A DNA stretch of 64,000 nucleotides from Squalus acanthias. Lineage: Eukaryota. Under the pieces are notes generated by a model that saw only the letters and a program-made list of their open reading frames with translations, had not been told where the DNA came from and searched no databases. Below are positions 39,052 to 48,607 of the stretch, in pieces; position 1 is the first letter of the stretch; every line of letters begins with the position of its first letter. The stretch is taken from assembly GCA_030390025.1 (NCBI GenBank), contig CM059433.1, positions 28,026,001-28,090,000 on the forward strand. Reading direction: 5' to 3'. Both the position numbers and the translations under genes were made by a program.

Positions 39052-41755
39052 AGTATCAATCAGGAAATAGTTGAGGCATGTAATAAGGGAACATCTATAA
39101 TTATGGGGGATTTTAACTATCATATTAATTGGACAAATCAAATGGGGCAGGGCTGCCTTGAGGATGAGTTCATTGAGTGCATTAGGGATGGGTTTCTTGA
39201 GCAGTATGTAACTGAACCGACCAGGGGGCAAGCAACCTTAGATCTGGTCCTGTGTAACGAGACAGGATTAATTAAAAATGTCCTAGTAAAGGATCCCCTT
39301 GGAATGAGTGACCATAACATGGTTGAATTCCATATTCAATTAGAGGGTGAGAAGGTTGGATCTCAAACAAGCGTGCTAAGCTTGAATAAAGGAGACTATG
39401 AAGGTATGCGAGCGGAATTGAGTAGAGTGGATTGGGAAAATAGATTAAAGGGTAAGACGACACATGATCAGTGGTGTACATTCAAGGAGTTATTTTACAA
39501 CTTCCAAAAAAAATATATTCCACTGAAAAGAAAAGGGTGTAAAAGAAAGGACAGTCATCCGTGGCTAAGTAAAGAAATTAAGGATAGTATTCGACTAAAA
39601 ACAAGGGCATATAAGGTAGCGAAATCTAGTGGGAGGACAGAGGATTGGGAAAACTTTAAAAGGCAGCAAAAAATAACAAAAAGATTGATTAAGAAAGGGA
39701 AGATAGATTATGAAAGTAAATTAGCAAAAAATATAAAAACAGATAGTAAGAGTTTTTATAGTTATATAAAAAGAAAAAGGGTGGCTAAAGTAAATGTTGG
39801 TCCCTTAGAGGATGAGACCGGGAAATTAATGGTGGGAAATATGGAGATGGCAAAAACACTGAATGAATATTTTGTATCAGTCTTTACAGTAGAGGACACT
39901 AAGAATATCCCAACACTGGACAAACAGGGGGCTATAGGGGGAGAGGAGCTAAACACGATCAAAATCACTAAGGAAGTGGTACTCGGTAAAATAATGGGAC
40001 TCAAGGCGGATAAATCACCTGGACCTGATGGCTTACATCCTAGAGTCTTGAAGGAAGTGGCGGTAGGGATTGTAGATGCATTGGTAATAATTTTTCAAAA
40101 CTCCCTGGATTCCGCTAAGGTCCCGGCAGACTGGAAAACTGCTAATGTAACACCCTTATTTAAAAAGGGCAGTAGACAGAAGGCTGGTAACTATAGACCG
40201 GTTAGCCTAACATCTGTGGTAGGTAAAATTTTGGAGTCCATTATTAAGGAAACAGTAACAGGACATTTGGATAATCATAATTTAATAGGACAAAGTCAGC
40301 ATGGTTTTACGAAGGGGAAGTCATGTTTGACAAATTTGCTGGAGTTCTTTGAGGAAGTAACATATAGAGTGGATAAAGGGGAACCAGTGGACGTAGTGTA
40401 TTTAGACTTCCAAAAGGCATTTGACAAGGTGCCACACAAAAGATTATTGCTTAAGGTAAAAAATCACGGGATTGGGGGTAATATTCTGGCATGGATAGAG
40501 GATTGGCTATCTAACAGAAAGCAAAGAGTTGGGATAAATGGTTCATTCTCAGACTGGCAATCAGTAACTAGTGGTGTTCCACAGGGGTCAGTGCTGGGTC
40601 CCCAACTCTTCACAATCTATATTAACGATTTGGAGGAAGGGACCAAGTGTAACATATCAAAATTTGCAGATGATACAAAGATGGGAGGGAAAGTAGTGAG
40701 TGAGGAGGACATAAAAAACCTGCAAGGGGACATAGACAGGCTAAGTAAGTGGGCAGAGATTTGGCAGATGGAATACAACACTGGAAAGTGTGAGGTGATG
40801 CACTTTGGCAGGAAAAATCCTAGAGCAATTTATTATCTTAATGGCAAGAAACTGGAGAGTACTGAAGTGCAAAGGGATCTGGGGGTCCTGGTGCACGAAA
40901 CTCAAAAGGTTAGTATGCAGGTGCAGCAAGTGATTAAGAAGGCAAATGGAATGTTGGCTTTCATTGCTAGGGGGATAGAATATAAAAATAGGGAGGTATT
41001 GCTTCAGTTGTACAAGGTATTGGTGAGACCGCACCTGGAATACTGCATACAGTTTTGGTGTCCTTACTTAAGGAAAGACATCCTTGCTCTCGAGGCAGTG
41101 CAAAAAAGGTTCACTCGGTTAATCCCGGGGATGAGGGGGTGGTCATATGAGGAGAGGTTGGGTAGATTGGGACTCTACTCATTGGAGTTCAGAAGAATGA
41201 GAGGCGATCTTATTGAAACATATAAGATTGTGAAGGGGTTGGATCGGGTGGATGCGGGGAGGATGTTCCCGATGACGGGTGAGACGAGAACTAGGGGACA
41301 TAGTCTTAGAATAAGGGGCTGCTCTTTCAAAACTGAGATGAGGAGGAACTACTTCACTCAGAGGGTGGTAGGTCCATGGAATATGCTGCCACAAAAAGCT
41401 GTAGAAGCTACAACATTAATTAAATTTAAAACAGAAATAGACAGTTTCCTAGAAGTAAAGGGCATTAAGGGTTACGGGGAGCGGGCAGGAATTTGGACAT
41501 GAGTCTAGGTTCGGATCGGTCATGGCCCTGTGGGTAGTGGAGCGGGCCCAGGGACTGTGTAGCCTGATTCTGCTCCTATTTCGTGTGTGCAATTCTGTTA
41601 GATGCAGGAGATGGTTCTGTGATAGATAGTAGATTGGCGGTTAGGATCAGATCAGCCATGATCTTATTGAATGGCGGAGCAGGCTCGAGGGGCCGATTGG
41701 CCTACTCCTGCTCCTATTTCTTATGTTCTTATGTTCTTATGTTCTTATGTTCTTA
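39052..41755 (+). mobile_element. Young 5'-truncated CR1 LINE, about 2.7 kb
   Basis: Uninterrupted ORF2 frame, CR1 3' UTR stem region, and terminal (TTCTTATG)4 plus TTCTTA at 41718-41755. It begins abruptly inside the endonuclease domain (SINQEIVEAC...). Confidence 0.95.
39103..41502 (+). CDS. CR1 ORF2 segment, 799 aa: C-terminal part of the APE endonuclease plus complete reverse transcriptase
   Basis: Motifs GDFN, LDL, SDH, KSPGPDG, NYRPVSL, QHGF, YLDFQKAFDKV, GVPQGSVLGP, KFADD and RPHLEY, with no stops or frameshifts. It lacks the N-terminal endonuclease residues. Confidence 0.9.
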   Translation: MGDFNYHINWTNQMGQGCLEDEFIECIRDGFLEQYVTEPTRGQATLDLVLCNETGLIKNVLVKDPLGMSDHNMVEFHIQLEGEKVGSQTSVLSLNKGDYEGMRAELSRVDWENRLKGKTTHDQWCTFKELFYNFQKKYIPLKRKGCKRKDSHPWLSKEIKDSIRLKTRAYKVAKSSGRTEDWENFKRQQKITKRLIKKGKIDYESKLAKNIKTDSKSFYSYIKRKRVAKVNVGPLEDETGKLMVGNMEMAKTLNEYFVSVFTVEDTKNIPTLDKQGAIGGEELNTIKITKEVVLGKIMGLKADKSPGPDGLHPRVLKEVAVGIVDALVIIFQNSLDSAKVPADWKTANVTPLFKKGSRQKAGNYRPVSLTSVVGKILESIIKETVTGHLDNHNLIGQSQHGFTKGKSCLTNLLEFFEEVTYRVDKGEPVDVVYLDFQKAFDKVPHKRLLLKVKNHGIGGNILAWIEDWLSNRKQRVGINGSFSDWQSVTSGVPQGSVLGPQLFTIYINDLEEGTKCNISKFADDTKMGGKVVSEEDIKNLQGDIDRLSKWAEIWQMEYNTGKCEVMHFGRKNPRAIYYLNGKKLESTEVQRDLGVLVHETQKVSMQVQQVIKKANGMLAFIARGIEYKNREVLLQLYKVLVRPHLEYCIQFWCPYLRKDILALEAVQKRFTRLIPGMRGWSYEERLGRLGLYSLEFRRMRGDLIETYKIVKGLDRVDAGRMFPMTGETRTRGHSLRIRGCSFKTEMRRNYFTQRVVGPWNMLPQKAVEATTLIKFKTEIDSFLEVKGIKGYGERAGIWT

Positions 41756-42167
41756 AATATGAGGCTACAAATCACGGATCTACTTGCATTCCATTAGACC
41801 TGTTCACCGCAAGTATCTCAGCTTTCATTTCCAGAGTTGTAGCTATTAATGCAAGGTGCTCCCCCTTCAGCCTCTCTCCGACAATCCTAAGGTATTTATG
41901 GAATGCAATGCTAAGGAAAACTAGGAATTTGTCGGAAAAATTGACATGAAATAATCTCTGGGAACGAAGGCGGGTGCAACATTAATCATAAAACTGTTAT
42001 TTTATTCAACAAGAGAAGGAGATGAAATACATTAAATGACATGGCATCGCACGTTCAGACTTTCCCTCGCTGAAAGTCTGGTGAATAATCAAGTGCAGAT
42101 AACGGGGGGGGGGGGGGGGTTAAAAAATGAGACCAGTGTGGAAAATGCCCATGGAAGTCGCACTGAC

Positions 42168-42229
42168 CTTAATGAGGTGCTTATTGATCCATTTTGTGAA
42201 GGTCTTCTTCTGCACTTTGTCCCGTTCAT
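42168..42229 (-). CDS. DST: Dystonin-like spectraplakin, 62-nt common exon at the start of CH1: (D)[20 protein letters not shown]
   Basis: Minus strand reads tcttttttcAG|AT GAA CGG GAC AAA GTG CAG AAG AAG ACC TTC ACA AAA TGG ATC AAT AAG CAC CTC ATT AAG|GTCAGT, phase 1 in and phase 0 out. QKKTFTKW is the spectrin-family ABD signature. ERDKVQ and KWIN match DST rather than plectin or MACF1 (ERDRVQ, KWVN) as I recall them. Not in the ORF track. Confidence 0.93.
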
Positions 42230-43568
42230 CTGAAAAAAGAAAGGGGAAGAAGTTGAAGGGAACAGCTCACAATTAACCTTCAGAAAGTCCTCGCTTCAAG
42301 TTACTGCAAAAGGGCCTGGATTAGGGAGATAGTCAGCCTCCAATAACTGGGAAATAAAATGATAGGGAGTTTTCTCAGCTGCTGTTTGCAAACAGAGCAC
42401 CTGCCATCAGTTTAAAAAACACAAACATTTCTATAAACTCTACTGTTGGTGCTTTTAAGTATTTCACACATTGAGTCAAACTCCTACCTGACCAGAAACA
42501 TCATTTTGTTTACCATAAATGTCTGCAGCCTACATTTATAAGCTGGAGGGGGTGGGGAAGGGAGGTAAGATCACTCGTGTTCTTTAGCACAGAATCATAC
42601 TGCATAGAAGCTGGCCATTCGGTCCATCGCGCCTGCTCTTTGAAAGAACTATCCATTAGTCCCGCTCTTTCCCCATAGCCCTGCATTCTTCCTCTTCAAC
42701 TATTTATACAATTCCCTTTTGAAAGTTATAATTGAACCTGCTTCCACCACCCTTTCAGGCAGAGCATTCCAGATCATAACTTCCGAAATAAAAAAAGAGC
42801 GGGTTCTTTTGCCCATTTTCTCCTTATTTACTTGATCAAAACTCCTTCATAATTTTGAACACCTCGATTAAATCTCCCCTGAGCCTTCTCTACTCTAGGG
42901 AGAACAATCCCAGCTTCTCCAGCCTGTTTATGTCAATGCGCGGTCCCTTTAAATTTCTGCGTATGTGCGGTATTTCCAATGGAAAAGCTTGTGAGCGGTC
43001 TGCATGGTACCTTGCAGATTACTTAAAGGGAACATTGCCTACAACGTGTTCTCTGCGTTCCTCCAATTCTGGGCTCTTGTACATCCCTGATTTTAATAGC
43101 TCCACCATTGGCGGCCATGTCTTCAGCTGTCGAGGCCCCAAGCCTCTCTGCCTCTCCATCTCTCTCCTCCTTTAAGACTCTCCTTAAAACCTACCACTTT
43201 GTCCAAGCTTTTAGTAACCTGTCCTAATGTCTCCTTATTTTCTTCACTCAGAGGGTTGTGAATCTTTGTTATTCTCTACCCCAGAGGGTTGTGGATGCTC
43301 AGTTGTTGAGTATATTCAAGACAGAGAATGATGGATTTTTGGATACAAAAGGGACTCGAGGGATATGGGGATCGTGTGGGAAGGTGGGGTTGAGGTCAAA
43401 GATCAGCCATGATCTTATTGACGAGCAGAGCAGGCTCGAAGGGCCGTATGGCCTACTCCTATTAATTATGTTCTCATCATGTTCTTATGTGGTTCAGTGT
43501 TAAATTTTTGTTTGACAACGCTCCTGTGAAGCATCTTGGGATGTTTTACTACATTAAGGGCACTGTAC

Positions 43569-44620
43569 TGTGAAGGAATAAGCCATGAAGGAATAAGCCA
43601 TAAAACCTATTCAGAAAAATACACCATTCTATGAAAGAATTCTGGCCTTATTAAAACATGACAAACTGGGTCTGGAAATCTAGAAACCGAACTGAAAAAG
43701 CTGTTACAGCATTCTGGTAATAGAGATAAGATAATTGTTGACACTGAATCAATAACCTTATTGAAACAGAAGGCCTTAGTAAAAATGACTTCAAATAAAA
43801 TGCACCTGCTGTTACACCGGTTTTTTTGTGGTAAGCTTAGAATACCTAGAGGAGAGACATGATTCTGTATTGCTACCAGCTGAGGTGACTAAGAATTGCA
43901 GAAATTAGCAGAAAAATGACGAGAGATAATTAGCTTACATCAGCAGAAAACCTTAAAGGAAATACCACTGGAAAAGGGTATAAATATTGAACTCTCAAAT
44001 AGGATAATAGATTCGCTGTAAAGGGGCAAAGCGATTCTCGGCTTCAGAGGCGGCTCTGTAAGTCTACAACTCTTAGTATCTCGGGGATCAAAAGGTACTG
44101 TATTTGATTTTAGTGGATGTCCTGAATAAGACTAAGAACTGTAAAACTGTAGCGAAGTTAAGATTTGAGAATAAGGATCTCTGATAATAAGACTGTAAAG
44201 CTTTCTCTTTTTGGAACTGTTAATGTTGCGATTGACTCACCAACTGTAAAATACATGTCGGTTCTTTAATAAATCTATATATTTTTAGAATTGTCTCACA
44301 TAATACTTCTGTATCAAACTCGCAAACTCAATCTCTGTACACTCTTTGGTGAGGAGTTGCAGAATTCTGGGGGAGTTTTCCAGACCCTCATAATATCCGG
44401 AACATTACAGTCTAGCTAAACTTATTAAAAGTGCTATCTGGAGGACAGTAACATTTTCAGGTTGTTCCTTTCCTTTAGGGAGAGACGGTCCAGACCTTTA
44501 GACCCAATTAAGCGTCTTTAGGATTCGGCTACCTCAAACTTTAGTTGAAAGTGAACGTCTGAGGAATACGCCTGATCTGGGGTAGCCCTAAATGGGCTAG
44601 GACTAGTAATTATCCCTTCA
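43569..44620 (+). mobile_element. Solo LTR of an endogenous retrovirus or LTR retrotransposon, 1052 bp
   Basis: TG...CA termini and terminal inverted repeat TGAAGGAATA / TATCCCTTCA. 4-bp TSD GTAC at 43565-43568 and 44621-44624, TATAAAT at 43979-43985, AATAAA at 44268-44273. It splits an L2/SINE tail. Confidence 0.85.
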
Positions 44621-45054
44621 GTACAAGAGCAAGTTATTGGTGTTATAATACAAGAGTCTCATTGCCTCTGGAATGTATTGCCATCTGGTTTGGTGGGTGC
44701 TGACTCTCTGCCTTCAAGAGGGAGCTGGACCGGTTTCTGACTGGGGCAGAGATCACATCACACAGAAGGTAGGGGTCTTTTTAGATAACACTTGGCCTGT
44801 GTGATCTCCTGGACCGGTTTCGATCGCCTGAGGGGGTCGGAGAGGAATTTTCCAGAGCATTGTTTCCCTTATTGGAGCTGGGTTTTTAGCTCTCCCTGGA
44901 GATTACATGGCTGCGGGTATGGGTGGGGTGGGGGGTGGGCAGAAGGAAGTACCTGGTCATGGTGCTCCGACCATCATGAGTGTGGGAAGGCTTGATGGAC
45001 CTGCTGGTCTTTTGCTGCCCGTCAATTTCGTTAAAGACATCATAAAGAACGAAC

Positions 45055-45440
45055 AAACTTGCATTTCTATAGCACCTTTCACAACCTCAGGGAGGTCCCC
45101 AAGCGCTTTACAGTCAATTAAGTCCTTTTAAAGCATGGCTACTGTTGTAATGTAGGAAACGCGGCAACCAATTTGCGCACAGCAAGGTCCCACAAACAGC
45201 CATGAGATAAATGACCCGATCATCTTTTTTTAGGTGTTGTTTGAGGGAGGAATGTTGGCCAGGACAACAGGGAGAATTCCTTTACATCTAGGAGAGAGGG
45301 CAGATGGGGCCCTCGGTTTAACGTCTCATCTGAAAGACGGCACCTCCAACAGTGCAGCACTCCCTCAGTACTGCACTGAGGGGTCAGGTACATTATGTGC
45401 TCAAGTCTCTGGTGTGGGACCTGAACCCACAACCTCCTCA
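45055..45440 (-). mobile_element. SacSINE1/DeuSINE-like SINE
   Basis: Reverse-complement tail and core. Confidence 0.75.
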
Positions 45441-46161
45441 TGACATTGAAGCCGAATGTCTTAAGTTTGATTTTTCCTGTAGACAATTAGTGCCGATTTG
45501 CTAAATGATATCAGCACGTACACGATCAATACCTTTTCCAGAAACCAAGTGTTTAATATTTCTCTTTTGTTATTCTTCGTCCTTCCCTCATGACACTCCC
45601 AAATTTACCACAGCAAGACTGAAAAAAAATTAGCCGAGTGATGCACAACACACCAAACAAAACAAAAACACAAGCATTCTTTAAAATAAAAAGGGCTGGT
45701 GCAAGAACGTCAGGTCATACAAAAGTTTGAGTATTTGCAGGAAGGAGACTAGAGTCGAACTGAATAATTCTGGAAGTGGGTGGGCTTGCAATAGATTTCT
45801 AGGGGCTGCAGTTTTGACAGGCCGGTTTAGCGCACTACACAGGGAGAGGGGGAGGGGACAAGCAGTCACCCGTTCTGCCAGGAATATGGGATGCTTCAGG
45901 CCAATGATGATCTATTCTTTGACAGGGTGGAAAGGCCGCATGCATTTTTTCATTACTGAGAGAATAGTGATGGCCTTGCCACACAGTTTAAAATGAGACA
46001 ATTATTCCACGAGAACTACCTCCTTTGAATCGTGTCTGTCAACACAACACCTTATACAAAAAGCTGCCTTCAGTTCTTCAAACACGTCTCTGGATATAAT
46101 TAATCCTTTTAGCAATGACTAACTGTTAAGGCGGCCATGTCTGGTTTATATTTTGAACAGC

Positions 46162-46175
46162 GCTGCCATGGCAAC
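46162..46175. promoter_or_regulatory. Candidate RFX X-box GCTGCCATGGCAAC
   Basis: 13/14 match to the palindrome GTTGCCATGGCAAC, in apparently unique sequence 3.9 kb upstream of the common exon. Confidence 0.5.
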
Positions 46176-46287
46176 CACCAATCTTGTGGCAAACCATTAG
46201 TTTCCAATCTACTAAACAACTGAGTTTTGAAATTCTGTGTTGAACGAAAAGGTTGAAGAAATCAAATTTAATGCGTTTCCCCCTCCT

Positions 46288-46460
46288 GCGAGAGCGCGAG
46301 TCAGACAGAGAGAGAGCGCAAGTCAGAGAGAGCGAGAGCGCGCGCGCGAGTCAGACAGAGAGAGCACGTGAGTCAGAGAGAGAGAGAGCGCAAGCCAGAC
46401 AGAGAGAAAAATAGATAGAGTGGACAGAGGAGAGATAGAGAGGAGACAGGAGCGAGATAG
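46288..46460 (+). repeat. Degenerate GA-rich minisatellite, unit about GCGCGAGTCAGACAGAGAGAGA, about 5 copies
   Basis: Read directly from the sequence. Confidence 0.8.
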
Positions 46461-47739
46461 TAATCAGCTATTATAAGTAGTGATTAAATAAAGTGAGCTA
46501 ATACCAGGAGCAGGTGGGTAGAGTTATAATCGCCCCACTCCAAGTATACAATTTTATCATTTACAAAAATGTTGAAGATAGCAAATGGGTGTAGTGCAAA
46601 CACAATAAATTGCAGTTAATAAACAACCAATTAATCAGTCTTGGCAGCGTTGGCTGGGGGATAAAATGTTGGCCAGGACACTGGCAGAACTTCCCCGGCT
46701 CACCTTCAAGTAGCACCACCTGGTCGGTTACAGCTACTCCACAGCCTGTCAGGGCCTGGGTTTAGTCACCGATCCAAAAACACGGTATCTCTGACACTGC
46801 AGTACTCCTGCAGCACTGCACTGAAGTGTGAGCTGAGATTATGTGCTCCAGTAGGAACATGACCCCACGACCTGAAGCTGTAAGGAGGTACCGAGCAAAA
46901 AGGACCAGGCCTTCAGGACATTCTCGCACACCTCAAAGCAACTTCTAACATCGTTAGGGAGTTTAAGTAGGTTGTATCCTTGGCTAGGGAAGATGCTTGG
47001 CTCATGGAAACCAAAAATGGAGGAGGGAGGGAGGAAAGAGAGGAGAAAGAAGAATAAAAGAACAAGTAGGTACACAGCATGTTGCGATCGCAAACAGGCA
47101 TTTTTCTAACTAATCACATTAGGATCATCATTTTTCTCCTCTCCCTCTCTTCTCCCCTACCCTGCAGACCCAGGGTGCAGCTCTTCTCACCTGCTCAGTC
47201 AGTCAGCGGGATGTAGGAGGATCAACACTACAGTGGTAACCTTTTTCTAAAATGCATGGAGCTGGCTCAATGGGATAAATAGACTTTTATCTTTAAACAG
47301 AATGGTTAGAAAGCACATTTAATATTGTCCTGAGCAGAAGAAAAAAGAGTTAAAACATTTCCATGACCCTTTCGCATTCTTTGGAAAGAATATATATTTA
47401 ATGGGCCCAACCTCAGCCTAAACGTCTATTTTGGGATTTACACAAACTGCCATTACACCTCTGTGCATTTGTGGCTGCTGCAATTTTTCTTTGATGCACT
47501 GATTTAGAAAAAAGGGATTCATGGAACTTCTCCTGCTAGAAAATGCAAAAAGTCTCATCATCTCTCTGTTAAGGCCATCCTAATTTGACCACAATTATAG
47601 CTTACAGGGCTGTTGGGGAGAGTTTAACCTAGCTTGGCAGGGGGATGGGAACCTGAGAGTGGATTCAGAAGGGAAAGAAGCAAAGCTGGAAATGGAAGGC
47701 AGAAAATTAGTAAGCGAGTTTGGTAGGCAGAGGAAACAA

Positions 47740-48086
47740 AGGGGGAAAAATTCGGTTGCTTTGCACCTCCCGTTAGCACCCTAAGAGGGCACAAAGCAAC
47801 TAGCGCCAAGGCGCGGCGATGTTTGCACTGCTCGCGAAATTGACCAGACATTTTGCAGCAGCGCTAAACACTACCGCCACGATCTCCTGTGCCCGCAGAT
47901 CGTGACATCAGTCGAGCGTGCAACGCCCCAGACCGGATATTGAGTGGCGCCCCCTGCCTTTCCGCCTGCCGCTAGCAACGACAGGTTGAGGGGAACGTTT
48001 TGCAGTCGGGAAGGGACTGGGGGAGCGCTATTTAAAGGCGGCTGCTTCCTGTCTTTTTTGTCGGCGACATTATTGCACCACGCATT

Positions 48087-48133
<47 letters not shown>

Positions 48134-48607
48134 ACTTCTGGAGAGATTCAATGCTGTGTGAATGAGTTTTGGGTACTGAGCAGCACTTTGCAGGTTCACT
48201 TTGATTTGTCCTTCCTTGAATCGATTTAGAAGAGACTATGGGGGCTGCAATCTGAGCTCTTTCCCTGGGCCTCTCGATTGTTCTTTCCAGCAGAATTGAT
48301 GTGCAGGTCTCTCCATGCCGAGATTCAAGGCTGCAATGAGCAGGGTGTGGCTGGAGAGCCAGATCGACCCTCCCCTTTAAGAACTGGCCGGCGCCAGTGT
48401 GCCTGTGTTCCATTGCTGACTGACACCAGCACTCCTCGGTGCTAGCGCCTTAAGAGAGGTGTATAGCGCCTGATTTAGCACTCCAATCACCTCCAGGGGC
48501 GATAGAAGCCAAGTTTGCAGTCAGAGGCGATAAATAGCGCCAGGTGCTAAACTTTGCGCCCGGCCGATAATTGCGCCCCAAACGGGGCAATACCGAATTT
48601 CTACCCT
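47740..48607. mobile_element. Non-autonomous DNA transposon (PIF/Harbinger-like) nested in the CR1
   Basis: Imperfect TIRs: AGGGGGAAAAATTCGGT at left, reverse complement AGGGTAGAAATTCGGT at right. 3-bp CAA duplication at 47737-47739 and 48608-48610. CpG-rich interior, and the CR1 sequence resumes on both sides. Confidence 0.75.
48091..48130 (+). repeat. (GA)20 microsatellite inside the nested DNA transposon
   Basis: Read directly from the sequence. Confidence 0.95.

Larger units (their letters stand above)
4499..42167 (-). other. DST: 37,669-nt GT-AG intron between the 62-nt and 90-nt CH1 exons, TE-rich
   Basis: Bounded by the donor at 42167 and the acceptor at 4499. No further recognisable spectraplakin coding sequence was found inside. 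Confidence 0.8.

Noticed and set aside
45533..45618. 86-nt exon-like segment on minus with a good acceptor (ttttttttcAG) and AAG|GTATTG donor
   Set aside because: It has stops in all three frames and its length is not a multiple of 3. It could be a non-coding or poison exon but is unsupported.
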